The position numbers and the translations under genes were made by a program. From positions 6,120-70,119 of the forward strand of contig JAAESQ010000884.1 of assembly GCA_024229275.1 (NCBI GenBank): a DNA stretch of 64,000 bases. The letters run 5' to 3'. Position 1 is the stretch's first letter. Each line of letters starts with the position of its first letter. This stretch comes from a bacterium. GTDB lineage: Bacteria > Acidobacteriota > Thermoanaerobaculia > Thermoanaerobaculales > Sulfomarinibacteraceae. The notes under the pieces were generated by a model. That model saw nothing but the letters and a program-made list of their open reading frames with translations, made no database searches and had not been told where the DNA came from. Positions 1-6,278 of this stretch are shown piece by piece.

Positions 1-60
1 AACGCAATTTCCAACTACGCCATGGCGGCGACATTGGATGTAGTAGAGTTGTCCGCTCAT
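1..60 (-). CDS. hypothetical protein, first 20 codons only (gene runs off left edge)
   Basis: ATG at 60 overlaps the TGA of ORF 57..251 (ATGA). It reads MSGQLYYIQCRRHGVVGNCV to the window edge. It is the last visible member of a chain of 4-nt-overlapping minus-strand ORFs. Confidence 0.3.
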   Translation of the reverse strand, partial: MSGQLYYIQCRRHGVVGNCV

Positions 61-251
61 ACCCGCGCCTCCCAGGTCGGGCAGTCGCCGTGGGGATATT
101 CACGCAACAATTGTTTGCGATCGATTACTAGACATGAAGGTGTCGCAACTGGGATGGGAATCTCAAATGCGCAACGCCCCCACCACGAGCTAGCATTAGC
201 CCACTCGGCCCAGCGGCAGTTGAGGCAGGTCGGCGGCGCGGGCGAGCTCAT
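57..251 (-). CDS. small Cys-rich hypothetical protein (64 aa)
   Basis: ORF track. The CLNC...GRC cysteine pairs suggest a small zinc-binding protein. ATGA overlaps at both ends. Confidence 0.45.
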   Translation of the reverse strand: MSSPAPPTCLNCRWAEWANASSWWGRCAFEIPIPVATPSCLVIDRKQLLREYPHGDCPTWEARV

Positions 252-523
252 GCGCGTTTCTCCAAACTGAGTTCACCAAGACGATTAGTTACACGATTCA
301 GTCTCCAGCTCAGCGATTCGCGCAGCTTGCGCAACTTGTCAATACCAGCAGAAACAGCTTGGGCTTTCGACTCAAAGCAGTCTGTTCCGAGATTTTCCCG
401 TCGGGCCTTCTTGCCGGCCGCGTTACTGGTTACGAATTTGTACCTGCCGTGGTCTAAGACGGTTCCCTTGAAGCTTTCAAGGCCGCGAGTCTCCACATAC
501 TTGACGCTGTAGAATGTGCTCAC
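248..523 (-). CDS. hypothetical protein (91 aa from GTG)
   Basis: GTG at 523 is preceded by GGAGACGGAGGGA and overlaps the upstream stop (GTGA). The longer 248..589 version in the ORF track would overlap 520..894 by 70 nt. Confidence 0.4.
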   Translation of the reverse strand: MSTFYSVKYVETRGLESFKGTVLDHGRYKFVTSNAAGKKARRENLGTDCFESKAQAVSAGIDKLRKLRESLSWRLNRVTNRLGELSLEKRA

Positions 524-894
524 CGTCCCTCCGTCTCCCCGCCCGCGGGCTCTCCTCTGGCCTTGGCGATCGCGGCCCGCATCTTGCAACGGGCATCGTC
601 GGCGTACGGGAAACAGAACTCACACTTCTCTGGCACGTCTTCCGGATCGTGCTCTTCGCAGTTGGCGACCTTATTGTCCAGCTTCTCGTAAGCCTTCAGA
701 GCCGCGTACATCTCCGGCGCGGCGGCGTACAGTTGAGCAGTCGCTCGGGCTTCCGCAGGACGCAGAACCCGGTAATATCCAGGAGGCTGCGATGGCTCAG
801 CGAAATAGCAGATTGGATCGCCATCGTCAGCGAAAATACCAATCAAATCAGTGTCGCCATCGTCAACGATATGCGGCCCCGGTGTGTGCCTCAT
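520..894 (-). CDS. hypothetical acidic protein (124 aa)
   Basis: ORF track. C-terminal CEEH..CEFC..C cysteines. ATGA overlap with 891..1097. Confidence 0.5.
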   Translation of the reverse strand: MRHTPGPHIVDDGDTDLIGIFADDGDPICYFAEPSQPPGYYRVLRPAEARATAQLYAAAPEMYAALKAYEKLDNKVANCEEHDPEDVPEKCEFCFPYADDARCKMRAAIAKARGEPAGGETEGR

Positions 895-1097
895 CCTCGC
901 GTCTCCTCGGCAGGCGCGGCGTCCAGATCCACCGGCACCAGCTTGAACGGCTCCATGCTGGCGATGTTGCGCTCAGCAACGATGTTGGGTACCTCGGCAC
1001 GGGTAACCCTCAGATCCGCCGCCCCCTGACAGGGGAAGTACATCCGTCCGCCATCGTCCGCGAACGTGACGACGAGCATGTGGGTAGGTCTTGTCAT
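891..1097 (-). CDS. hypothetical protein (68 aa)
   Basis: ORF track. ATGA overlaps on both sides. No domain recognised. Confidence 0.4.
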   Translation of the reverse strand: MTRPTHMLVVTFADDGGRMYFPCQGAADLRVTRAEVPNIVAERNIASMEPFKLVPVDLDAAPAEETRG

Positions 1098-1330
1098 CCG
1101 ATCGTGTCCTCCTCAAGTTCCGCGTTGAACCGCAACAGCCGCGCTATCTCGCGGTCGGGAATCTCTGATACCTTGATGTCCTCCAGGGGCACAGTCAGCG
1201 ACCACTCCCGCACCTTCAAGCATTGCAGGCACTGGTCGCCGTGCTCGGCGATCACCAGTTCCTCATGCAGCTTCGGAACACAGCGCTCCGCGAGCCCAGA
1301 GTCATCCGTGATGGACAGAAAGAGCATCAA
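1094..1330 (-). CDS. hypothetical protein (78 aa)
   Basis: ORF track. It starts 12 nt after the RHH gene. No domain recognised. Confidence 0.4.
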   Translation of the reverse strand: MMLFLSITDDSGLAERCVPKLHEELVIAEHGDQCLQCLKVREWSLTVPLEDIKVSEIPDREIARLLRFNAELEEDTIG

Positions 1331-1342
1331 TGGGCCTCCGAC

Positions 1343-1540
1343 CTATTGTTTCCGGCGACCGTTCGTCCGCTTCGAGTTGCGCCGCAGCCAATCCTCCAGA
1401 GCCTGTTCGACACATTCCCTAAAGGACAGATCTAGATGGAGCGCCTCCATTCGAACACGCTTCTTTAGCTCTCGGTCCATCCGCATCGTGACGGAGGCTC
1501 GGTCCACTGCAGAAATCTCTTGCTTTTGTGGTTTAGTCAT
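1343..1540 (-). CDS. ribbon-helix-helix (CopG/Arc/MetJ-type) DNA-binding protein
   Basis: 65 aa. VTMRMDRELKKRVRMEALHLDLSFRECVEQALEDWL fits the strand plus two helices of an RHH fold. It is the first gene of the leftward operon and is divergent from 1620..2096. Confidence 0.6.
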   Translation of the reverse strand: MTKPQKQEISAVDRASVTMRMDRELKKRVRMEALHLDLSFRECVEQALEDWLRRNSKRTNGRRKQ

Positions 1541-1637
1541 ACTACCGTAGTACTATTGCTGCGTACTGCTTGACAGCTTGCTTGCTTTCTGTCATCATTG
1601 TGGTCTGGCACTGTGAAGATTGTATACAAGCACAATC
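1540..1637. promoter_or_regulatory. divergent control region with palindromic operator-like sites
   Basis: Palindrome TACTAC-c-GTAGTA (1540-1552) lies over the RHH start codon. TTGACA (1570-1575), 17 nt, CATCAT (1593-1598) faces right. AGCTTGCTTGC sits at 1575-1585. The perfect palindrome TTGTATACAA (1620-1629) is nested in GATTGT..ACAATC (1618-1637). Confidence 0.4.
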
Positions 1638-2096
1638 ATGATGTCAAGGGAAACCCTTATGGAAGCATCAGATCTTGTCAGTTTCACCTTCAGGCTCGAA
1701 CGCTCCGACAGAAAGAAGCTGAATCTAGTTGCCACTCAACGAGATACAACGGTTCAGAAGATTCTTCTGGAGTTTGTTGACAGCCTCCTGCGACCGTCTG
1801 TTCCGGATTCCGAACAGAAAGGGTTCAGGTGTGTCAGTCCTGACACGCTCCATCCTATTGATTCGAGTGGGCGTGTTCTGTTTTTGGAAAATATCGACCC
1901 ATCGGGCAAAAAAGTCGTTCTCGCCATACAGTCCTCTCATTTAGAATGGTTGCGCATGCTAGCCGACGTGCTCTCGGATGGCAGCGAAAAGCTGTGTGCG
2001 TCCCTCAAGCAGATCATAGAGGGATGCTCGGAGGCCCTGCGCTTTGAGCGGGAACGAGACAGAATTATCCGAGGAAGAAATGAAGAAGCTTCGTGA
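1620..2096 (+). CDS. putative RHH-type regulator with C-terminal extension (158 aa)
   Basis: VSFTFRLERSDRKKLNLVATQRDTTVQKILLEFVDSLL looks like an RHH fold. The start is uncertain (TTG 1620 or ATG 1638/1641). Confidence 0.5.
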   Translation: MYTSTIMMSRETLMEASDLVSFTFRLERSDRKKLNLVATQRDTTVQKILLEFVDSLLRPSVPDSEQKGFRCVSPDTLHPIDSSGRVLFLENIDPSGKKVVLAIQSSHLEWLRMLADVLSDGSEKLCASLKQIIEGCSEALRFERERDRIIRGRNEEAS

Positions 2097-2280
2097 ACTG
2101 GCGGCACGCGCTGGAGCCAAGATGTCATCTGGGCTCCGCGACCTCACCACGTATGTCGGTGAGGATTTGCTGCAACACGCCCCGGAGGACGAGAACTTGC
2201 GTCGGATCGGTCGAATAGCTGAGTCCCTGAATAACGGCGATGATCGAGACGACGCATTACATACTCCTATGGATTCTTAG
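2044..2280 (+). CDS. possible third RHH/MobC-like small protein (78 aa)
   Basis: TELSEEEMKKLRELAARAGAKMSSGLRDL resembles the strand-helix-helix of RHH proteins. The call is weak because of a TTG start and a 53-nt overlap with the previous ORF. Confidence 0.3.
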   Translation: MSGNETELSEEEMKKLRELAARAGAKMSSGLRDLTTYVGEDLLQHAPEDENLRRIGRIAESLNNGDDRDDALHTPMDS

Positions 2281-2971
2281 GGTTGAGTACCTGGCGGCGG
2301 CGGTCGTCTTCACCCTGGCAGCAGTGCTGCCGGCACCTGCACATTCGCAGGCGCCGGGTCGGCGCTGGTCATGGTGGACATTGTTCCTGTGGGCGGCGTT
2401 CGCCAAGGCAATCGTGTTTGACCTCTGGCAGTGGTATTGGCTGGCGCGGGTTGAGCTGATCGTCATTCCCTTGAAGATTGCAGCAACCTACGAAGTAATC
2501 GGACTGGCCACGGCGGAGATGCGTTCCGACAAGCGGGTCGGTGCCAAGATCTTCCTGACACTCTGTGGATTGGGGGGTTTGGCGATTGGTGCCATGAATC
2601 CTCGATACGGAACGGCTGACTTCGGATGGGTGCGGAATGTCACAGTGGCGGTCGATTCCGGGCTGGGGTTCATGGCTGTGACGGGGCTCTCGGTGCAGTT
2701 CCTGAATCGGTGGGAGATGACCGCGGAGCACCGCTGGCACGCCCTTTGGTGGGCGCTGTACCTGATAGGCTACGGAACCGCAACGGCCATCCCCACCAGA
2801 CTCCGTGGGCCGCTTCTGATTCACAACGGCATCCATCGGGTGTGGAATGTTTGCTGTATTCTGGCTTGGCTGGTGCCCCTCATTAGGGTCCGCTACCGGG
2901 CCACGGATCGTCCCACGGGTCAGAAAAGCTCACTTGATCCGCCTGGCTACCGCTATGCGTGGCGACGGTGA
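2240..2971 (+). CDS. polytopic membrane protein (243 aa)
   Basis: About 6-7 hydrophobic segments, Trp-rich (WSWWTLFLWAAFAKAIVF, WHALWWALYLIGYG). No family recognised. Confidence 0.5.
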   Translation: MIETTHYILLWILRVEYLAAAVVFTLAAVLPAPAHSQAPGRRWSWWTLFLWAAFAKAIVFDLWQWYWLARVELIVIPLKIAATYEVIGLATAEMRSDKRVGAKIFLTLCGLGGLAIGAMNPRYGTADFGWVRNVTVAVDSGLGFMAVTGLSVQFLNRWEMTAEHRWHALWWALYLIGYGTATAIPTRLRGPLLIHNGIHRVWNVCCILAWLVPLIRVRYRATDRPTGQKSSLDPPGYRYAWRR

Positions 2972-3020
2972 GCCCACCGATGGCAAAGACCAGCACGAGC
3001 ACGAAAAGTGCTAATCGCAT
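2883..3020 (-). CDS. possible 45-aa secreted peptide
   Basis: Not in the ORF track (<60 aa). AAAGGAGG lies 6 nt upstream of ATG 3020. MRLALFVLVLVFAIGGLTVATHSGSQ is signal-peptide-like. It overlaps the 3' end of 2240..2971 on the other strand. Confidence 0.3.
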   Translation of the reverse strand: MRLALFVLVLVFAIGGLTVATHSGSQADQVSFSDPWDDPWPGSGP

Positions 3021-3065
3021 GGACTACCTCCTTTCGTTGGGGATGTCCTCCGATGGAGCAATTAT

Positions 3066-3266
3066 ATGACTGCTGAGCAGGATAATGGTGGCGGCGTCGA
3101 CGCCAGAGCCAAAGCTCTCTTTTCCGCCCTAGACGAACTTGTGAACTGGCTTGACAAACATGCTGACCTCATGGAGATCCGGGCGCCAGAAGGGATGATG
3201 GAGAACGCCCGGAAGGCCCTGCGCGGTGGAGTTGATCTGTGGGACACCCAATCTGGTGTATCCTGA
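3066..3266 (+). CDS. hypothetical helical protein (66 aa)
   Basis: ORF track. No domain recognised. Confidence 0.4.
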   Translation: MTAEQDNGGGVDARAKALFSALDELVNWLDKHADLMEIRAPEGMMENARKALRGGVDLWDTQSGVS

Positions 3267-3293
3267 GAGCAATGGGAAAGGAGGCCAGACATT

Positions 3294-3479
3294 GTGGAGA
3301 ACGCCGAACCGCTATTCGTACTGCACGTTGCCCTGCGGCTCCTTGGGGACATCAGGGACGACGCAGCGGTGAAGCCTGAACGGCGGCGGGAGATCGCTGT
3401 CTTTCTGCGCACGCACACAAAGGATCGCTCGCCTCAAACGCTAGAGTTGGCTTTGGAACCGGAGTACAGCTCCAGGTAG
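3294..3479 (+). CDS. hypothetical protein (61 aa)
   Basis: ORF track, GTG start. Weak call. Confidence 0.3.
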   Translation: MENAEPLFVLHVALRLLGDIRDDAAVKPERRREIAVFLRTHTKDRSPQTLELALEPEYSSR

Positions 3480-3531
3480 ACGTCAATCAAATCCGCGAAG
3501 GCGTAGAACCGCCAGAATTCGTATGCCCACT

Positions 3532-3867
3532 CTATTGCTGAGAATCGGGGCTGCGGCGAGCGAGGCACCCGCGGACGATTGTCCTCATGTCCTGCACTTC
3601 CTTGGCGAGCGAGCTCGACTCGGCTTCGGATGTACTCGTATGCTTCAGAAACGCGCGCTCGATACGTCCGAGGATCTCCTGGATCTGCTGTAATCCAGTG
3701 GCGGTGCCTTGGTGCAATCTCACAAGCTCCTGCAGCCGGAAGATATCCTTCAGTGCCCGCCGGATGAAATACCAAACCAACCCTGCAAGGGCCAACGTTG
3801 CTATCGAAAGTACCTTCTCCAGTGCGGTCAACTCGAACTGCAAGATCTTCTCGATCAGGTGCTCCAT
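3532..3867 (-). CDS. single-pass membrane protein (111 aa)
   Basis: One TM (LSIATLALAGLVWYFI) followed by a long charged helix. Confidence 0.5.
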   Translation of the reverse strand: MEHLIEKILQFELTALEKVLSIATLALAGLVWYFIRRALKDIFRLQELVRLHQGTATGLQQIQEILGRIERAFLKHTSTSEAESSSLAKEVQDMRTIVRGCLARRSPDSQQ

Positions 3868-3905
3868 TCATAGGCTCCCCTCGGCCGGCCCCTCTCCGGC
3901 CAGGT

Positions 3906-4103
3906 TCAATGAATCTCTTTCGGTTGATGGTGCACGACGGCACCGATAATGCCTCCAGGTACTTCGAGCCTGAAGGTGGTTTGCTCCCTGATCTCATCCA
4001 TGGTTTTGCGCCCCAGCATGAGCTGCCAAGCGATCAGCCCAAGCATGAAGCACACTGGCACGACGACCATGGCCGCGATGAGAACCAGGTTCGATAGGCT
4101 CAT
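3906..4103 (-). CDS. small single-pass membrane protein (65 aa)
   Basis: N-terminal TM LVLIAAMVVVPVCFMLGLIAW. AAGGAG precedes ATG 4103. Confidence 0.45.
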   Translation of the reverse strand: MSLSNLVLIAAMVVVPVCFMLGLIAWQLMLGRKTMDEIREQTTFRLEVPGGIIGAVVHHQPKEIH

Positions 4104-4266
4104 GCGTCTCCTTGTTGTGAAGGTTCTTCCATCGTTCTTCGAGCTGTTTCAAGCCGGAGTCAATGCTCTCTGTCCGCCGGCAGATGCAGTCGAGCTGACG
4201 CTTCAGCAGCCAGATCAGAATGATGAGCACGGCAAGCAGCACGGCGATCACAAGGTTACCCATCAT
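3994..4266 (-). CDS. small single-pass membrane protein (~90 aa)
   Basis: ATGATG at 4266/4263. TM NLVIAVLLAVLIILIWLL, then a helical tail. It overlaps the neighbouring ORFs at both ends. Confidence 0.4.
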   Translation of the reverse strand: MMGNLVIAVLLAVLIILIWLLKRQLDCICRRTESIDSGLKQLEERWKNLHNKETHEPIEPGSHRGHGRRASVLHAWADRLAAHAGAQNHG

Positions 4267-4510
4267 CGCTATCGCTCCAAGCGTCCCTGCAGATCGGACA
4301 AGTAGCGACAATGACGGCTAGTCGTTTGTCGATCTTGTGAATGTCATCCTTCATCGCACGGGCATCTTCCTTGACTTGGAGTTGGTCCGCCCTCAATGAC
4401 CGAACATCCTTCTTCAGTCCGTTGAGGCCGTACTTCACCGCCAAGCCGCCAGCGATCATCATGACGATGATGCTGCCAATGTGGAAGATGAGATCCAGGG
4501 TTGCCGTCAC
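4256..4510 (-). CDS. small single-pass membrane protein (84 aa)
   Basis: TM IGSIIVMMIAGGLAV, then a charged coiled-coil-like helix and a C-terminal CPIC. Confidence 0.5.
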   Translation of the reverse strand: MTATLDLIFHIGSIIVMMIAGGLAVKYGLNGLKKDVRSLRADQLQVKEDARAMKDDIHKIDKRLAVIVATCPICRDAWSDSDDG

Positions 4511-4512
4511 AA

Positions 4513-4794
4513 TCAGAGCGGGTCCTTCCGGACGACTTTAAGGCTGGAATCGAACTCCACCTGATGATCTCGAAGTACTGCCGTGAAAGCCTCCCCAGCC
4601 CGCGTGCCGAATTCAGTAGCACGGTCTAGTAGTGCCTCCACGGACTTGTCTATTCCGAAGAGCTGAGCTGAGGCAGCGCCGCCATGGCCCTCGACACCAC
4701 CAAGCGCATCAACGATAGCTACCTTGTGTTCGATCGGGAGTTCAGCAACATGCTCCCTGATCCACAGCAACGCTTCTCTGAGATCATCGGTCAT
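4513..4794 (-). CDS. hypothetical helical protein (93 aa)
   Basis: Start taken at ATG 4794 (MTDDLREALLWIREH). The ORF-track version begins at 4845. Confidence 0.45.
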   Translation of the reverse strand: MTDDLREALLWIREHVAELPIEHKVAIVDALGGVEGHGGAASAQLFGIDKSVEALLDRATEFGTRAGEAFTAVLRDHQVEFDSSLKVVRKDPL

Positions 4795-5440
4795 CAGATC
4801 GCATCCTTTCTTCAGGTGATTGGCGAAAGTTGCCCGGCCCTCCAAGAACGGTCAGGCCATACTTGACCTGCATTGGGTCCGCCTCGTATTTGTACTTCTT
4901 GGAGTGGGCTTCGGGTACGACATTGGTGAATGTCAGGCCGGTGACACACTGCTGTGCATCGAGATCCAGCTCTGCTGGCAGCACACGGGTCAAATCGATC
5001 TCCTGTGCTTTGGACTGCTCGTCAGCCCATTCTCCCAACCGCTTCATCAGGGGGGCACCGACAACAAGGGCGGCCCCAACTCCAGCCGAAGCCGAGATGG
5101 TCTCCATTGCGATCAGCCCCACTCCTATCGTGGCGCCAGCGCTGAGCCCTTTGCCGGCCAACGCCAGCGGCTTCCACTTCCGCTTTCCCCGCACCAACAG
5201 TTTGCCCGTCTCGGTGCCGATGAATTCGATTGGAGCGGGGGATGCAATGAAGACCCACTCCATGTCCAAACGTACACGGTGATCGGCCATGCTGCAGACC
5301 CGGACAGTCCAAGTGTCAACCTCGGTTACATCGCTGGCAACCACCCGCTTCGCCTTCATTTTGATCGGGGTGATTTCAACGATCAGCTGTGCCGACAGGT
5401 TGAGTGTCAGCAGGCTTATCAGCAGCATTGAGCGCAGCAA
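4784..5440 (-). CDS. secreted/membrane-associated protein (218 aa)
   Basis: Signal peptide MLRSMLLISLLTLNLSAQ. Central Gly/Ala-rich hydrophobic stretch. Confidence 0.5.
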   Translation of the reverse strand: MLRSMLLISLLTLNLSAQLIVEITPIKMKAKRVVASDVTEVDTWTVRVCSMADHRVRLDMEWVFIASPAPIEFIGTETGKLLVRGKRKWKPLALAGKGLSAGATIGVGLIAMETISASAGVGAALVVGAPLMKRLGEWADEQSKAQEIDLTRVLPAELDLDAQQCVTGLTFTNVVPEAHSKKYKYEADPMQVKYGLTVLGGPGNFRQSPEERMRSDDR

Positions 5441-5774
5441 GGTGTTCCTCCATTCCGGCCATCTTCAGTCGTAATTCCTCATTAGCCGCCATCAGGTGAG
5501 CCATGACCCCCTCGGCGCCAAGCCGCCGCACCTCCGGATAGGGCTTCGGGGGTTTGCGCACGAGGCCGTTGTTGCCCGCAAAACGATGGCACAAACGGAA
5601 GAAAAACAAGTAGGCTCGTGATCCCCCCTCAACAGGGCTCACGAGTGACTGGGTGAAATTACTGAAAACATAAGTCACGAGCCACGTCAGCGCCAACAAC
5701 ACACCGACGGGAACGCCAGGCAGAAGATAGGTGACCACCTGCGTGATCGGGTCCATTGCTTGTGTGGGGTCCAT
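5376..5774 (-). CDS. membrane protein (132 aa)
   Basis: Two hydrophobic segments, then an amphipathic C-terminus. The 3' end overlaps 4784..5440 by 65 nt. Confidence 0.45.
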   Translation of the reverse strand: MDPTQAMDPITQVVTYLLPGVPVGVLLALTWLVTYVFSNFTQSLVSPVEGGSRAYLFFFRLCHRFAGNNGLVRKPPKPYPEVRRLGAEGVMAHLMAANEELRLKMAGMEEHLAALNAADKPADTQPVGTADR

Positions 5775-5775
5775 G

Positions 5776-6267
5776 TCAGCCCTCCTCGACCACGTACCAG
5801 TAGCGCACTACTATCGACACGGGATGAGGGATAACCCGCAGCTCATACGTCTTGCCGTTTTCATGCACCTCCTGGTGCCCGTGAGGGAAGTTCACGTAGT
5901 GCGGCACGTAAAGCGGAGACATTGGGTCTCTGGAATTAACGGGGTTGCCAAACACAGGCCCCGTAGGCGGCGGCTGCTCCCAACTGTGCTTCGGTATGGG
6001 ATCAACCACAAGGTCTGGGCCAAACGTCAGCTGGATCTTGCCCTGGTCAACCGTGGCCCCGTCCTCAACTACCACGCGGATGACCGGATCGGGCGGGGGG
6101 TTCGTGGTGTCTCGGCCTCCGCCCCGGTAATTCTGCTCGGCATTGTCAAACCGATGATGGAAGTCGACTATTGCCGCATCGTTTGCGCGGTCAGCGTCCT
6201 GCTCCATTTTCGCCAGCATAAGCTGAAACACCGCTTCTGGTGAGAACTCATATAATGGTTCGCTCAT
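5776..6267 (-). CDS. hypothetical protein (163 aa)
   Basis: ORF track. Pro-rich centre. It starts 11 nt downstream of the 921-aa gene. Confidence 0.5.
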   Translation of the reverse strand: MSEPLYEFSPEAVFQLMLAKMEQDADRANDAAIVDFHHRFDNAEQNYRGGGRDTTNPPPDPVIRVVVEDGATVDQGKIQLTFGPDLVVDPIPKHSWEQPPPTGPVFGNPVNSRDPMSPLYVPHYVNFPHGHQEVHENGKTYELRVIPHPVSIVVRYWYVVEEG

Positions 6268-6278
6268 TCTTATCCTTT

